Below, in pieces: positions 34,285-43,965 of a DNA stretch of 64,000 nt. Origin of the DNA: a virus (lineage: Duplodnaviria; Heunggongvirae; Uroviricota; Caudoviricetes); the IMG/VR virus record IMGVR_UViG_3300029705_000015. One strand, 5' to 3'. Numbering within the stretch: the stretch's first letter is position 1; each line of letters begins with the position of its first letter. Below the pieces are notes generated by a model. That model did no database searches. It was not told the DNA's origin and saw only the letters and a program-made list of their open reading frames with translations. Made by a program: the position numbers and the translations under genes.

Positions 34285-34927
34285 GCTGAAAGCTCGTGAG
34301 GTTGAGATTACCGAGCGTAGATTGGAAGCTGAAGTCAAGAAGACAGCTGACGCACAGAAATATGCTACTCAGCAAGCGGCAGACGCAGAGTTGTATCAAG
34401 CTCAGAAGAAAGCAGATGCGGATCTGTTCAAGCGTAAGCGCGAAGCAGAAGCCGAGAAGTTTGAAGCAGAGCAGAAAGCTGAGGCAACCAAGGCAGAATC
34501 TATTGCAAAGAAAGTTGCAATGGAGAACGAGGCTGCTGGTATTGAGGCTCGTGGTAAAGCCGAAGCTGAGGCAATTCGTGCTAAAGCAGAGGCTGAGGCA
34601 GCAGGTATCCTGAAGAAGGCTGAAGCTATGGAACGCTATGGTGAAGCAGCAAAGATGGATATGCAGTTGGAAGCTGTTAAGGTGCTGTTTGAGAAGTTCC
34701 CTGCAATGGCTGCTGCCATCGGCGAAGGCTACAAGGGTGTTGATAAGATTGTCATGATGGGGTCTGACTCCAATCAGCTGGCAAACAACATCATTGGCAC
34801 TACTACTCAACTGAGTGAGGGGCTGTCTGCAAGCCTCGGGTTTGATCTGAAGTCACTCTTAGCGGGTGTTCTCGGTGGCAAACTTGCCGCTGGTAACTGT
34901 GAATGTGGCGGAAATTGTGACAAGTAA
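34220..34927 (+). CDS. flotillin-like EA-repeat coiled-coil protein (band 7 C-terminal-like)
   Basis: Long AEAEA/KAEAEA repeat coiled coil typical of flotillin C-terminal domains. C-terminal CECGGNCDK. The start is uncertain and there is no obvious RBS. Confidence 0.45.
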   Translation: MNLILEISTANANLARQEKEIELKAREVEITERRLEAEVKKTADAQKYATQQAADAELYQAQKKADADLFKRKREAEAEKFEAEQKAEATKAESIAKKVAMENEAAGIEARGKAEAEAIRAKAEAEAAGILKKAEAMERYGEAAKMDMQLEAVKVLFEKFPAMAAAIGEGYKGVDKIVMMGSDSNQLANNIIGTTTQLSEGLSASLGFDLKSLLAGVLGGKLAAGNCECGGNCDK

Positions 34928-34944
34928 TTTTTGAAGATACATAA

Positions 34945-34978
34945 AAAGAGCTAGAGAATCATCTCTAGCTCTTTTTAT
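34945..34978 (+). terminator. rho-independent terminator
   Basis: Hairpin AGAGCTAGAGA-ATCA-TCTCTAGCTCT followed by T5. Confidence 0.65.
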
Positions 34979-34983
34979 TGTAG

Positions 34984-35012
34984 TTGATTATTATACTGTT
35001 AAATATTATAAT
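34984..35012 (+). promoter_or_regulatory. sigma70-like promoter (conserved motif)
   Basis: TAGTTGATTATTATACTGTTAAA...TATAAT. Confidence 0.5.
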
Positions 35013-35044
35013 AGAAATATAAAAAATAGGTGGAGGGACAACTT

Positions 35045-35320
35045 ATGCCAACATTTTCTATCGACATTTCCAATATCTCTTACAAAAACTTAACATTTAT
35101 CGAGGTGCTCAATGCCCTTTCTGAATACATTGCAGTAACTGGAGACAATGAAATTCCTCCTATCATATTCGAGGAAACTGGGGAAATCATAAATGGCTAT
35201 AAAATTTTCGTTGACAACACTCCTTACAACATTGAGAACATCTTTGACCTGCTACCTTACATTAGCAGGTTCAAAGAAATGAAAACTTGTTTTACAACTC
35301 TTTGGACAAACGATATCTGA
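35045..35320 (+). CDS. hypothetical protein
   Basis: GGAGGG RBS before the ATG at 35045. Confidence 0.5.
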   Translation: MPTFSIDISNISYKNLTFIEVLNALSEYIAVTGDNEIPPIIFEETGEIINGYKIFVDNTPYNIENIFDLLPYISRFKEMKTCFTTLWTNDI

Positions 35321-35332
35321 TAGGAGCATACT

Positions 35333-35926
35333 ATGACACCTAAAGATTTTATCATTGGAGCTGATATGGACGATACTTTAACAAAGTTAATCGTTCCGTG
35401 GTATCAGTGGTTGAATAATAAATATAACAAACATGTTGATCCTTATGCAGATATGCACTAGAATCCTCAAGTTCAATATCCCGATCTAACAACTCATCAG
35501 ATATTTGAACCATTGTTTATTGAGGAGTTCTGGGATAATGTTACTCCCATTGAGGGCTCCGTCGGATATGTTAAGAAACTGATTGAGGAAGGATTTCAAT
35601 TCTATGTTGTAACCTCCTCTCATCATGATACAGTTTCTGCAAAATTCAACAGAGTTCTATTCAAGTATTATCCATTTATCGATAGACACAACATTATAAC
35701 AACATCCAACAAACAATTGATAAAGATGCATATACTCATAGATGATGGTCCACACAATATTGTTGGCGACTATTATGGTTTACTTATGGAGGCAGCTCAT
35801 AATAGGAACTGGGATGAAAGCAAACACGAAAAAGTAACGCGAGTTCGTAGTTGGAAAGAGATCTATGAGAAAGTTCATGAGATTTACAATGAACTTTCTA
35901 GAAATTATGCGGAGGTATCTGTATGA
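35333..35926 (+). CDS. 5'(3')-deoxyribonucleotidase (NT5C/HAD-like) interrupted by an in-frame TAG at 35459-35461
   Basis: The N-terminal part has HAD motif I IIGADMDDTL and an AGGAG RBS. The same frame continues after the TAG with ...YPDL...EPLFIEEFWDNVTPIEG...VVTSS...LIDDGPHNI, matching NT5C-family conservation. No RBS or ATG precedes the second part. Confidence 0.55.
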
Positions 35927-37896
35927 CACTAAGTGACATCATTGCTCTTTGGATGAAACACACTGAGTATGATCCCGACAGAAAATCGTTCCGCCTCGGT
36001 TCAATGATTTCTCAAGCGCATACTTGTACTAAGTTAATGTCAGAGTTAACAAATGAATACGACAACTCAGGTATGCTTGCAGTACTGTACGCCAGAAGTT
36101 GCTATGATGAGATGCTTGATGACTACAGAATCAATCTTGCAGAGTTTGTAAAGGACAAGAATGCCATTCAAGAATACTGGGATATGTGGGATGCGTTCAA
36201 CTCTCCTGTAATCAAAGAAGCTGAAGATCGACTTGTTAACATGTTTAATAATCTTGTAACAAAAGTTTCTGGTGTTGCATTACTTGGTGAGGGTGATAGA
36301 GAATCCGATCTCAAGATGTTGTATGCTAGTGTTCAAAAAGTTACCGAGTCCTTGTGCAAGGTTAAGGTAGAATCCTTTCTGAAGGGAGCCCCTTGCCTCG
36401 GAACTTTCGAGCACATTAGTTCTGTTATAGAAGTTTTTCCAACTCTGGCGCAGTATTTGAGAGTTGTTGAAAATAGAGTGGATGGAGTTTACATTGCATA
36501 TATATCTCAGTACGGTAAAGCAGGTGGCTACTTTACATTCATTCTGAAAAGTAACGGCAACATCATTTCTCTGAATGATCGCATCGATGAAGCTTATGTA
36601 GGGCAACACGGAAATTGTCGTAATGGTCGTTGGCAAGAAGCTGCCCTATTTGATCTTTTCCCTTATGATGAAATTCTTGACTTTAGTAGCCATGATTACA
36701 AAGGATATGCAACAAAGTGGACCGTCAAAGAAACTGAAGACAATGGCATTCCGTTGAAGACACTCAAGCAAGAATCTTACATGGCTATTCTACTTGCACT
36801 TATTCTGATTACAGGTAAGTACAATAACAAGGATGTGAGCGATGTTAAACAAAGATTGCTGGATACATTGTTAACTCCTAACTTAACTTTGTTGGAAGAA
36901 CATTGTGATACTACAGCTCTTGTTCCTATCAACAGTAGTGCAATTGTTGCTTATGCAAATGATTGGAAGCCTTCCGTAGATACAAGTATTATTCTTGATA
37001 AGAGTTACGGAGACAGATTTGATCATTCAAAAAATAAAGATAAGCACTATACAGAGACAGGGACCTTCAAAGGATTCAATCAAGAATTTGTTGATTGGTA
37101 TGCTGATGATTTTGTTCTGGACGCCTCAAAAATCATGTATACTCCTGATCGGTTGGCAATTACTGACGGAACTACAACGATGAAACATGCAGAGTTTGTA
37201 GGTACTCGTGAAAAGTTTGAAATGGAAGTATATCGTCAAGGCAGAAAACAGCTTGCAGAGCATATTCAGCGTAGAATGATTCGAGAGTTCGAAGAATTCG
37301 GCGGACATGAAGCAGTGATGAAATGGTTTTACAATCTTGTTTTAAGCAACAAGGATAAGATTCTAAACCTTGCCCTTGATAAGTGGCAAGCAATCAAAAT
37401 TGATGAGACGGAAAGAAGCTACGAAAGATCTTTCTGTTGGATCCCTTGTTCACAAGAACTACACACCACGATTGAAGAAACATACGAACATTTCCAGATG
37501 TTGGACCATAGTGTCAACGCCCCTCAAGAGTTGAAGGGAAGACACGGTGACTACTATGCAGAGAAGTGGAAGTGCCCCATTACTGGTACAACTGCAAATG
37601 TATGGTTCCATTTCTTACCTTGTAGCTACAAGGAGATTGAACGAATCTTTGGAGTAGAAGTTCCTCGAGTTATGAAGGGCTATACTATCACAAGCCCTGT
37701 TGATGGATTTGCAAAAGGTAACAGTATTCTTTCTTCTACTGATGCTGTTGCAGATATTGATCATATCTACACTTCTCAAAGTAGTACAGCAAGACTGCTG
37801 AGAGGAAGAACTCCTTCCAGCAGATTTGAGTTCAGTATCGGCTTGAGTAAGCGTGGATTAAATAAGCTGTTGAAAGAAAGACAAAACAACGGTTGA
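35923..37896 (+). CDS. large hypothetical protein (657 aa)
   Basis: Long ORF with ATGA overlap. No recognisable motifs. Confidence 0.55.
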   Translation: MTLSDIIALWMKHTEYDPDRKSFRLGSMISQAHTCTKLMSELTNEYDNSGMLAVLYARSCYDEMLDDYRINLAEFVKDKNAIQEYWDMWDAFNSPVIKEAEDRLVNMFNNLVTKVSGVALLGEGDRESDLKMLYASVQKVTESLCKVKVESFLKGAPCLGTFEHISSVIEVFPTLAQYLRVVENRVDGVYIAYISQYGKAGGYFTFILKSNGNIISLNDRIDEAYVGQHGNCRNGRWQEAALFDLFPYDEILDFSSHDYKGYATKWTVKETEDNGIPLKTLKQESYMAILLALILITGKYNNKDVSDVKQRLLDTLLTPNLTLLEEHCDTTALVPINSSAIVAYANDWKPSVDTSIILDKSYGDRFDHSKNKDKHYTETGTFKGFNQEFVDWYADDFVLDASKIMYTPDRLAITDGTTTMKHAEFVGTREKFEMEVYRQGRKQLAEHIQRRMIREFEEFGGHEAVMKWFYNLVLSNKDKILNLALDKWQAIKIDETERSYERSFCWIPCSQELHTTIEETYEHFQMLDHSVNAPQELKGRHGDYYAEKWKCPITGTTANVWFHFLPCSYKEIERIFGVEVPRVMKGYTITSPVDGFAKGNSILSSTDAVADIDHIYTSQSSTARLLRGRTPSSRFEFSIGLSKRGLNKLLKERQNNG

Positions 37897-37921
37897 ATGT
37901 TACATGTAGTTCAATTATAAT
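37893..37921 (+). promoter_or_regulatory. sigma70-like promoter (TTGAAT-17-TATAAT)
   Basis: Conserved motif overlapping the upstream gene's stop codon. Confidence 0.45.
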
Positions 37922-37953
37922 ATTGTTATAAATAAAAAAAGAGGTGAGTTATC

Positions 37954-38289
37954 TTGCAGAATCAGAATGAAAAGATTGTGGTGAAGATCTGGATCGATGA
38001 TGTTCGTCCAGCTCCTGAAGGGTACAAGTGGATCAAATCTGTCAATGAAGCCATTGATTTTCTTAGAGTGGGAAAGTGGTACGATGACTACATTGTTGAT
38101 GTAGAATTCATCATTGATATCGATCACGATGCAGGTGACTATGCCACTGACGGTGGTGACTATATCAGAGTTCTGGATTGGATGGAACAGGAGAATATGC
38201 GTGCAACCTTCCACATTCATTCAATGAATCCTGTTGGAGTACAGAATATGAGAAACATTATTCAGCGTAACGGTTGGAAGGAGATATAG
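37954..38289 (+). CDS. hypothetical protein (receiver-like domain?), TTG start
   Basis: IWIDDVRPAP...IIDIDHDAGD pattern. AGAGGTGAG RBS. Ends at TAG. Confidence 0.4.
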   Translation: MQNQNEKIVVKIWIDDVRPAPEGYKWIKSVNEAIDFLRVGKWYDDYIVDVEFIIDIDHDAGDYATDGGDYIRVLDWMEQENMRATFHIHSMNPVGVQNMRNIIQRNGWKEI

Positions 38290-38293
38290 TTTC

Positions 38294-38605
38294 ATGGCAA
38301 AACAGACTGATTCTTATGTTATTGGTTTGTCTCCTAACAATCTGCTATTCATTGAATTCAGCTTTGACTACAGTACAGGTAAAGAGCCAGTTAGTAGAGT
38401 AACTTATGGAATAATGCATGTTTCAGAGGCAACAATCATTCCTGGAGAAAAGAATGCATTTGAAATATTGCAAGAAATAAAAGATCGTAGAGACAAAATT
38501 TCAATTGTTGCTCCAACGATACTTGAAAGCTGTTTGAATCCTGACGGAATAAATGTTGATAACCTTCATATCTATGAAGTTCGTGTTGGTTGGGAGGTTC
38601 ACTAA
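38294..38605 (+). CDS. hypothetical protein
   Basis: ORF. Confidence 0.45.
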   Translation: MAKQTDSYVIGLSPNNLLFIEFSFDYSTGKEPVSRVTYGIMHVSEATIIPGEKNAFEILQEIKDRRDKISIVAPTILESCLNPDGINVDNLHIYEVRVGWEVH

Positions 38606-38606
38606 G

Positions 38607-38822
38607 ATGGATAGATACATTTATAGAATTGAGGTTGATACCTTCAAGGAATTCAGCCCACACAATCCTCCTGATGCATACTATGAGTCAAAACTACTTT
38701 GCAGAAAAGCTGATGATGCAGAGGCTCCGTGGGAAATTTGTAACATTGTTCATAGTAACAGCCCTGAGTCAGCGTTTATCGGGAATAATCATTTCAGATT
38801 AAAATTAGAAGGGAAATGGTAA
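38607..38822 (+). CDS. hypothetical protein
   Basis: ATG at 38607 immediately after the upstream stop codon. Confidence 0.45.
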   Translation: MDRYIYRIEVDTFKEFSPHNPPDAYYESKLLCRKADDAEAPWEICNIVHSNSPESAFIGNNHFRLKLEGKW

Positions 38823-39007
38823 TCATGTTTAGGAAGTATTTTGAAAATACACGACATTACACTTGTCGTGATTGTGGTAAAGATTTTACGCATAATTTTT
38901 TACAGTGGTTCTGGACTATTCTGCATAATGACATCTCTCGTCATCGATATGTTAAATGTCCGCACTGTAAACATAGACACTGGTTACAAGCCAAGAGGAT
39001 TATGTAA
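38816..39007 (+). CDS. zinc-ribbon protein
   Basis: CRDCG...CPHCKHRH motif. Confidence 0.45.
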   Translation: MVIMFRKYFENTRHYTCRDCGKDFTHNFLQWFWTILHNDISRHRYVKCPHCKHRHWLQAKRIM

Positions 39008-39009
39008 AA

Positions 39010-39480
39010 TTGAAATTATTCATTCTGTTCACAGTACTAACAACACTCAATGTTATCTTAAGTACTGTTAAATCACTTGTTACAATAAAGTGCGGCAAAT
39101 TCATCGCCGCACTTGTTAATGCTCTTGCCTATGGACTCAATACAGTAGCTATTATTTACACAGTTTGTGATCTTCCGTTGTGGCTGAAAGTGCTGGTTGT
39201 TGCTATAACGAACTTCATTGGTGTATTTATTGTAAAGTGGATTGAAGAAAAATCCCGAAAAGAAAAACTTTGGAAGATTGAATGTACAATCCCTTACAGC
39301 AGATATGAAACACTCCACTACAATCTCGATAATCATTTCTTACCACATAATTATATATTACTTGGCGAGAAGTATGCAGTGTTCAATATCTACTGTTCAA
39401 CAAAATTTGACACAGCGATCGCGTACAAGCTACTCAAAGATGCGGACGCTAGATACTTTGTTAGCGAAACAAGAGAATAG
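39010..39480 (+). CDS. membrane protein (TTG start)
   Basis: Several hydrophobic segments. Ends at TAG. Confidence 0.4.
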   Translation: MKLFILFTVLTTLNVILSTVKSLVTIKCGKFIAALVNALAYGLNTVAIIYTVCDLPLWLKVLVVAITNFIGVFIVKWIEEKSRKEKLWKIECTIPYSRYETLHYNLDNHFLPHNYILLGEKYAVFNIYCSTKFDTAIAYKLLKDADARYFVSETRE

Positions 39481-39501
39481 TTAAAACAACAGTATTTTTA
39501 G

Positions 39502-39530
39502 TTGAATACTTTTAACTGTTACTATATAAT
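39502..39530 (+). promoter_or_regulatory. sigma70-like promoter (TTGAAT-17-TATAAT)
   Basis: Conserved motif. Confidence 0.5.
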
Positions 39531-39567
39531 GATAGTATAATAAATGACCTGATGGAGGGTATCATAT

Positions 39568-40530
39568 ATGGCACATGAAGTTGAGACAATGTTTTACAAC
39601 TATGGTAAGACAGAAGAGGAACATAGACGATTGGTTCCTTGGCATGGTCTTGGAACTCCTGTTGAAGAAGCTCCTACAAGTGCGGACGCATTAAAACTGG
39701 CTGGATTAGACTGGAAGGTTGAAGGTAAGCCGATCTTTACCGATAACGGTATCAGAATTCCTGGATACGTTGCCAACACACGAGACAATGATGGTTCTGT
39801 TCTTGGTGTTGTGACTGAAAAGTACAAGATTGTGCAGAACGAAGATGCGTTTGCGTTTACTGACTCTCTGATTGGTGGTGAGGTTCGGTACGAAACTGCA
39901 GGTAGTCTTCGTAACGGCAAGAGCACATTCCTGTTGGCTAAGCTGCCTGACACAAAGATTCTGGATGATGATTTTGGTCAGTATCTTTGCTTCACCAATA
40001 CTCATGATGGTAGCGGTGCTGTTAAGGTCATGATGACTCCTGTTCGTGTTGTATGTAACAACACACTGAACCTTGCGCTTAATACTACAAAGCGCATGTG
40101 GACCTGTAAGCACATGGGCAGCATGAAGGACAAGCTTCATGAAGCTGAAGAAACTCTCGGCTTTGCTCATAAGTATATGGACAATCTGGCGGTGGTTGCG
40201 GAGCGTCTTGCAAATGTTTCTCTTCGGGATGAAGAAATTCAAGCAATTGTTGCGGAGATGTTTCCGATGGATGAAAACAGCTCCGAGCGCACAAAAGCAA
40301 ACATGCAGAAAGCAAAGCAAGAATTCATGGTTGCGTACTATATGCCAGACATTGAAAAGTTCCGTAATACAGCTTGGGGCTTGCTCAATGCTACAAGCGA
40401 CTGGATGAGTCACACATCCCCTCAGCGCAACACTCCAACTTATCAGGAGCGTAACTTCGAGCGCATCATCTGTGGGCATCCTATTCTGGACGCCATTATG
40501 AAGAAAGTTGGTGCAGGAGTCAATACCTGA
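39568..40530 (+). CDS. DUF932 (phage/plasmid-like) domain protein
   Basis: Signature FTNTHDGSGAVKVMMTPVRVVCNNTL (C.N.HDGS...R..C.N.). GGAGGG RBS. Confidence 0.6.
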   Translation: MAHEVETMFYNYGKTEEEHRRLVPWHGLGTPVEEAPTSADALKLAGLDWKVEGKPIFTDNGIRIPGYVANTRDNDGSVLGVVTEKYKIVQNEDAFAFTDSLIGGEVRYETAGSLRNGKSTFLLAKLPDTKILDDDFGQYLCFTNTHDGSGAVKVMMTPVRVVCNNTLNLALNTTKRMWTCKHMGSMKDKLHEAEETLGFAHKYMDNLAVVAERLANVSLRDEEIQAIVAEMFPMDENSSERTKANMQKAKQEFMVAYYMPDIEKFRNTAWGLLNATSDWMSHTSPQRNTPTYQERNFERIICGHPILDAIMKKVGAGVNT

Positions 40531-40543
40531 TATCTGAAAATAG

Positions 40544-40572
40544 TTGATTATCTGTCAGCAGAAAACTATAAT
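40544..40572 (+). promoter_or_regulatory. sigma70-like promoter flanked by inverted repeat ATCTGTCAGCAG/CTGTTGACAGAT (putative operator)
   Basis: TAGTTGATTATC...TATAAT. An 11 of 12 inverted repeat at 40550-40561 and 40575-40586 brackets the -10. Confidence 0.45.
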
Positions 40573-40603
40573 AACTGTTGACAGATATTCTTTGTAAAGG
40601 AGA

Positions 40604-42478
40604 ATGATTGTGAGTAAGGAATATACTTCCGAATCAATTCAAGTGCTCGACGACATTGCACATATGCAATTGCGTAGAGGCATGTATATTGGTGAGGCTA
40701 ATGATCCTCGTCAGTTGTTGTCAGAAGTATTTGATAATGCAATTGATGAAGTTCAGGCAGGCTTCAGCGATGAGCTGATTGTCACAATTGACACAGCTAC
40801 AAACAAGTACAGTGTAAGAGACTTTGGTCGTGGTATTCCTCATGGCAAGAAGACTCTTGAAAACGGAACCCAGAAAGAGATTCTGGAAATTTTGATCACG
40901 AAAGCAAACAGTGGTGGTAAGTTTGATAATTCCTCATACAACTACTCCTCCGGCTTGAATGGTCTTGGTCTTACAATTACCAATGCGCTTTCCAATGAAA
41001 TTCATCTGGCATCTTATCGTGATGGTGCTGTTGTTGAAGCAAGAGCTTACGGCAGTACTGTTGTGGATCTTGCATATGAACTTGGCAGTACTGAACGCAA
41101 CGGTACTCTGGTTGAGTTTATCCCGAATCCGAAGATGTTCCACAGTAAGAAGATTCCTGTTGACTTCATTCGTGACCGCTGTCGTGTAGCAAGTGCGCTT
41201 GGTTTTAGAGCAAGACTGATTGTTGATGGAGTTGAGCAGAAAACAGATGCAAGTATGTTTGACCTCATCAAAGAAGAAAATGACAAGGTTAGTATCTATG
41301 TGAATGTACAGCCTATCGAAGTTGTTGCAACCACAGCTGAAAAGATGAAGGTTGCTCTGCGATACACTTCCGAAACAAATGACCGATATTTCGGTTATAC
41401 CAATCTGTTAAGCAACTACCTTGGCGGAACTCATGTTCAGGAGCTTTCAAAGACAATCATTACAGCTTGGAAGGAATTCATTGAGAGCCACAAAAACATC
41501 AAGCCTTCTGTGGAACTTCACAACAACGACTTCTTGATTGGTCTCCGTGGTGTGTGTGCGGTATTCATTGCACATCCTGAATTCTCTTCCCAGACAAAGG
41601 AAAAGCTCGTTGTTAACAGAAAGTACTTTGAGGAACTAATGGGCTTGTTTAAGTCTCAGTTCTCTCGTTATCTTGAAGAGAATGTTCTCATTGCACAGCA
41701 GCTTATTAAGCGCTTTGAAGAATATCGTGTTGCTCAGAACAATCTGCTTTCCAGAAAAGAAATTAGCTCGTTGATTAAAGTAAACAACGATGGTGAAGAC
41801 AACATTCGTAGAAGGTCCGTTGTATCTAAGCTCGTTGAGTGTACTTCCCGCAAGCGTAAAGACACTGAGCTGTTTATTGTGGAGGGTGACTCTGCGAAGG
41901 GTCCGTATATGTTTACACGTAACAAAGAGCTGCAAGCAGTGCTACCTCTTAGAGGTAAGATCTTAAATGTTACCTACAAGTCCATCAAGGATGCAGTTAA
42001 GAACGCAGAAATTTGTGATATTGCAAATAGTATGGGTTGTGGCATCGGTGGCGCTTGTGATGCAAATAAATCACGATATGAGCGTGTAATCATTTCAGCT
42101 GATGCTGACCCTGATGGATTGCAGATTAACTGTTTGGTACTCTCAGTATTTATCAATCTGTTTCCTGATATGGTTAAACAAGGTAGGGTATTTGTGTCAA
42201 TGCCTCCGTTGTACTGCTGGGGTGACAATCCAAAAAACTACGGCTGGTGTAACAAAGTTGAGGACATTCCTGCTGGTGTAAAGAATGTGCATCGTTTCAA
42301 GGGCTTGGGTGAAATGAATGATGATCAGCTTGAGTACTTCTTAGTTAATCCTGAAACTCGAAACCTTATGCAGATTCAGTATCCTTCTGATGTAGAAGAG
42401 TTCAACAGAATTCTTGGTACTTCAGCAGGTAAGAATGATCTGCTGAAAGAACTCGGAATTGTTGAGAAGGGAGAGTAA
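40604..42478 (+). CDS. type II DNA topoisomerase ATPase/TOPRIM subunit (GyrB / T4 gp39-like)
   Basis: GHKL ATPase motifs (RRGMYIGEANDPRQLLSEVFDNAIDE) and TOPRIM FIVEGDSAKGP. GTG start with an AAGGAG RBS. Confidence 0.8.
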   Translation: MIVSKEYTSESIQVLDDIAHMQLRRGMYIGEANDPRQLLSEVFDNAIDEVQAGFSDELIVTIDTATNKYSVRDFGRGIPHGKKTLENGTQKEILEILITKANSGGKFDNSSYNYSSGLNGLGLTITNALSNEIHLASYRDGAVVEARAYGSTVVDLAYELGSTERNGTLVEFIPNPKMFHSKKIPVDFIRDRCRVASALGFRARLIVDGVEQKTDASMFDLIKEENDKVSIYVNVQPIEVVATTAEKMKVALRYTSETNDRYFGYTNLLSNYLGGTHVQELSKTIITAWKEFIESHKNIKPSVELHNNDFLIGLRGVCAVFIAHPEFSSQTKEKLVVNRKYFEELMGLFKSQFSRYLEENVLIAQQLIKRFEEYRVAQNNLLSRKEISSLIKVNNDGEDNIRRRSVVSKLVECTSRKRKDTELFIVEGDSAKGPYMFTRNKELQAVLPLRGKILNVTYKSIKDAVKNAEICDIANSMGCGIGGACDANKSRYERVIISADADPDGLQINCLVLSVFINLFPDMVKQGRVFVSMPPLYCWGDNPKNYGWCNKVEDIPAGVKNVHRFKGLGEMNDDQLEYFLVNPETRNLMQIQYPSDVEEFNRILGTSAGKNDLLKELGIVEKGE

Positions 42479-42479
42479 C

Positions 42480-43868
42480 ATGAAAGATTTCATTACTACT
42501 GATGCTTGTGAGCTTGCCAAGACTAACTATACTGAATACTCTCAGTATGTTGCTCAAGGTCGTAGTTATCCTTCCATCTATGATGGTGCTAAGAGCAGCT
42601 ACAAGAGAGCAATCTATGGTATGTACACCAACAAGACAAGCAAGACTGTTAAGGTTGCGGAGCTTGCTGCTCATGCTCTTCCTTATCATCCGCACCCTAC
42701 TTCAGTTGCAGGTGTTATCATTCAGTTGGGAGATGGCGGTAACAAGTTAAAGCTGATGGACACTCAAGGCAACTGGGGCAACAGTGCTAGACACATTGAA
42801 GCGTCTGCAGAAAGATACATTGGCGGCAAGCTTTCTGCTTTGGCTGAGCATCTGTTGTGTGACTCCATTGAGTACTGCAAATTTGTTCCTGGAGAGATTG
42901 ATAAGGACGAACCGCTTGCTCTTCCTGCATTGATTCCTCTGTGCTTCATTAACGGTAATAGTGGTATTCCCTCAGGACTTCCTACGTTGAATATTCCCAC
43001 AATTGACATCATTGGAATGATTGATTACTACCTTGATATCCTTGCTCACAAAGATGTTGAATACAAGCCTAAGAAGCATCCGAAGCCTAACTTAGAAATC
43101 AATGTGCTGTCTAGTATCGAGGATTGGAATGCTGTTCTCGAAACCGGTAAGGGCAGCATTCGAACTGCTCCTATCATGGAGATTGATTCTTCCAATGTTA
43201 TCACAATTACGGGTTTACCTAAGACAAAGACTGTTGATCATGTTCGCAAGATTGTTGAAAAAGAAATCCTTCTTGACAAGATTGATGTTCGAGATGAGAC
43301 AGCTGAAACTATTCGGATTGTTATTGAGAAGGTTCCTCATAAACAGTGTGACATGAAGGAACTGTTCAAGAGACTCTACACAAAGCTGCAGTCCTCCGAA
43401 ACCTATAACTTGGCATTCTTCGATGAAGAAAAGATCTATGTACCTTGTAGCTTCCACAAAGTTATCAGAACCAACTTACAATATGTTATTGATACACATC
43501 GTAATCGGTTGGTAAAGGAAATGGTTCAGCTGAATATCCGACTCCGTGTCCTGCAAATCATCGAGGACATGAAGAAAAAGAACAGCTTGAAGAGTTTGTT
43601 TGACCTGGATAACAAGGCTGCGTTAAGTCACATTTGTACCACATATAAATGTGATGAAGATATTGCAAGCAAAGTGCTGCAGAAACCCATTTCTTATTTA
43701 ACAAAGGAACACGGTCAGGAACTTGTTGACTTGATGGCAGCAATTGATGAGAATGTCACTAATCAAAGTGACATTTATGAGTTCATGACTAAGAAATACA
43801 AGGCGCTAAAGAAAGAGCTGACTCCTATTCTCAAGAATAAGTTTGCTCCGACAACCTTCATTAAATGA
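42480..43868 (+). CDS. type II DNA topoisomerase cleavage-religation subunit (GyrA/ParC N-terminal-like, T4 gp52-like)
   Basis: YSQYVAQGRSYPSIYDGAKSSYKRAIYGMY resembles the GyrA N-terminal region. AAGGGAGAG RBS before the ATG at 42480. Confidence 0.7.
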   Translation: MKDFITTDACELAKTNYTEYSQYVAQGRSYPSIYDGAKSSYKRAIYGMYTNKTSKTVKVAELAAHALPYHPHPTSVAGVIIQLGDGGNKLKLMDTQGNWGNSARHIEASAERYIGGKLSALAEHLLCDSIEYCKFVPGEIDKDEPLALPALIPLCFINGNSGIPSGLPTLNIPTIDIIGMIDYYLDILAHKDVEYKPKKHPKPNLEINVLSSIEDWNAVLETGKGSIRTAPIMEIDSSNVITITGLPKTKTVDHVRKIVEKEILLDKIDVRDETAETIRIVIEKVPHKQCDMKELFKRLYTKLQSSETYNLAFFDEEKIYVPCSFHKVIRTNLQYVIDTHRNRLVKEMVQLNIRLRVLQIIEDMKKKNSLKSLFDLDNKAALSHICTTYKCDEDIASKVLQKPISYLTKEHGQELVDLMAAIDENVTNQSDIYEFMTKKYKALKKELTPILKNKFAPTTFIK

Positions 43869-43873
43869 TTTCA

Positions 43874-43903
43874 TAGCGCAGCTACATGAAGTGGCTGCGC
43901 TAT
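43874..43903 (+). repeat. conserved hairpin ATAGCGCAGC-loop-GCTGCGCTAT (family of 3)
   Basis: The same 10-bp stem recurs at 45877-45910 and 50555-50586, each after a gene end and before a promoter. Confidence 0.5.
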
Positions 43904-43907
43904 CAAG

Positions 43908-43936
43908 TTGAATATCAAACAGTTATCTATTATAAT
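43908..43936 (+). promoter_or_regulatory. sigma70-like promoter (TTGAAT-17-TATAAT)
   Basis: Conserved motif. Confidence 0.45.
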
Positions 43937-43965
43937 AAGATCATAATAGATAAGGAAGTGATTCT

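Noticed and set aside
34296-34613. ORF 34296-34613 (+), rich in R/K/L/Q, overlapping the EA-repeat gene
   Set aside because: It is an alternative-frame artefact of the low-complexity GAAGC repeat DNA. The EA-repeat frame has flotillin-like periodicity.
39706-40479. Long minus-strand ORF (257 aa) antisense to the DUF932 gene. Similar minus-strand ORFs occur at 25915-26598, 34181-34810, 6541-6999 and 1367-1753.
   Set aside because: These are shadow ORFs antisense to well-supported plus-strand genes. They lack RBS and promoter context, and the whole window is transcribed rightward.
43102-43356. Small plus-strand and minus-strand ORFs inside the topoisomerase genes
   Set aside because: They lie entirely within the strongly supported GyrB-like and GyrA-like coding frames.
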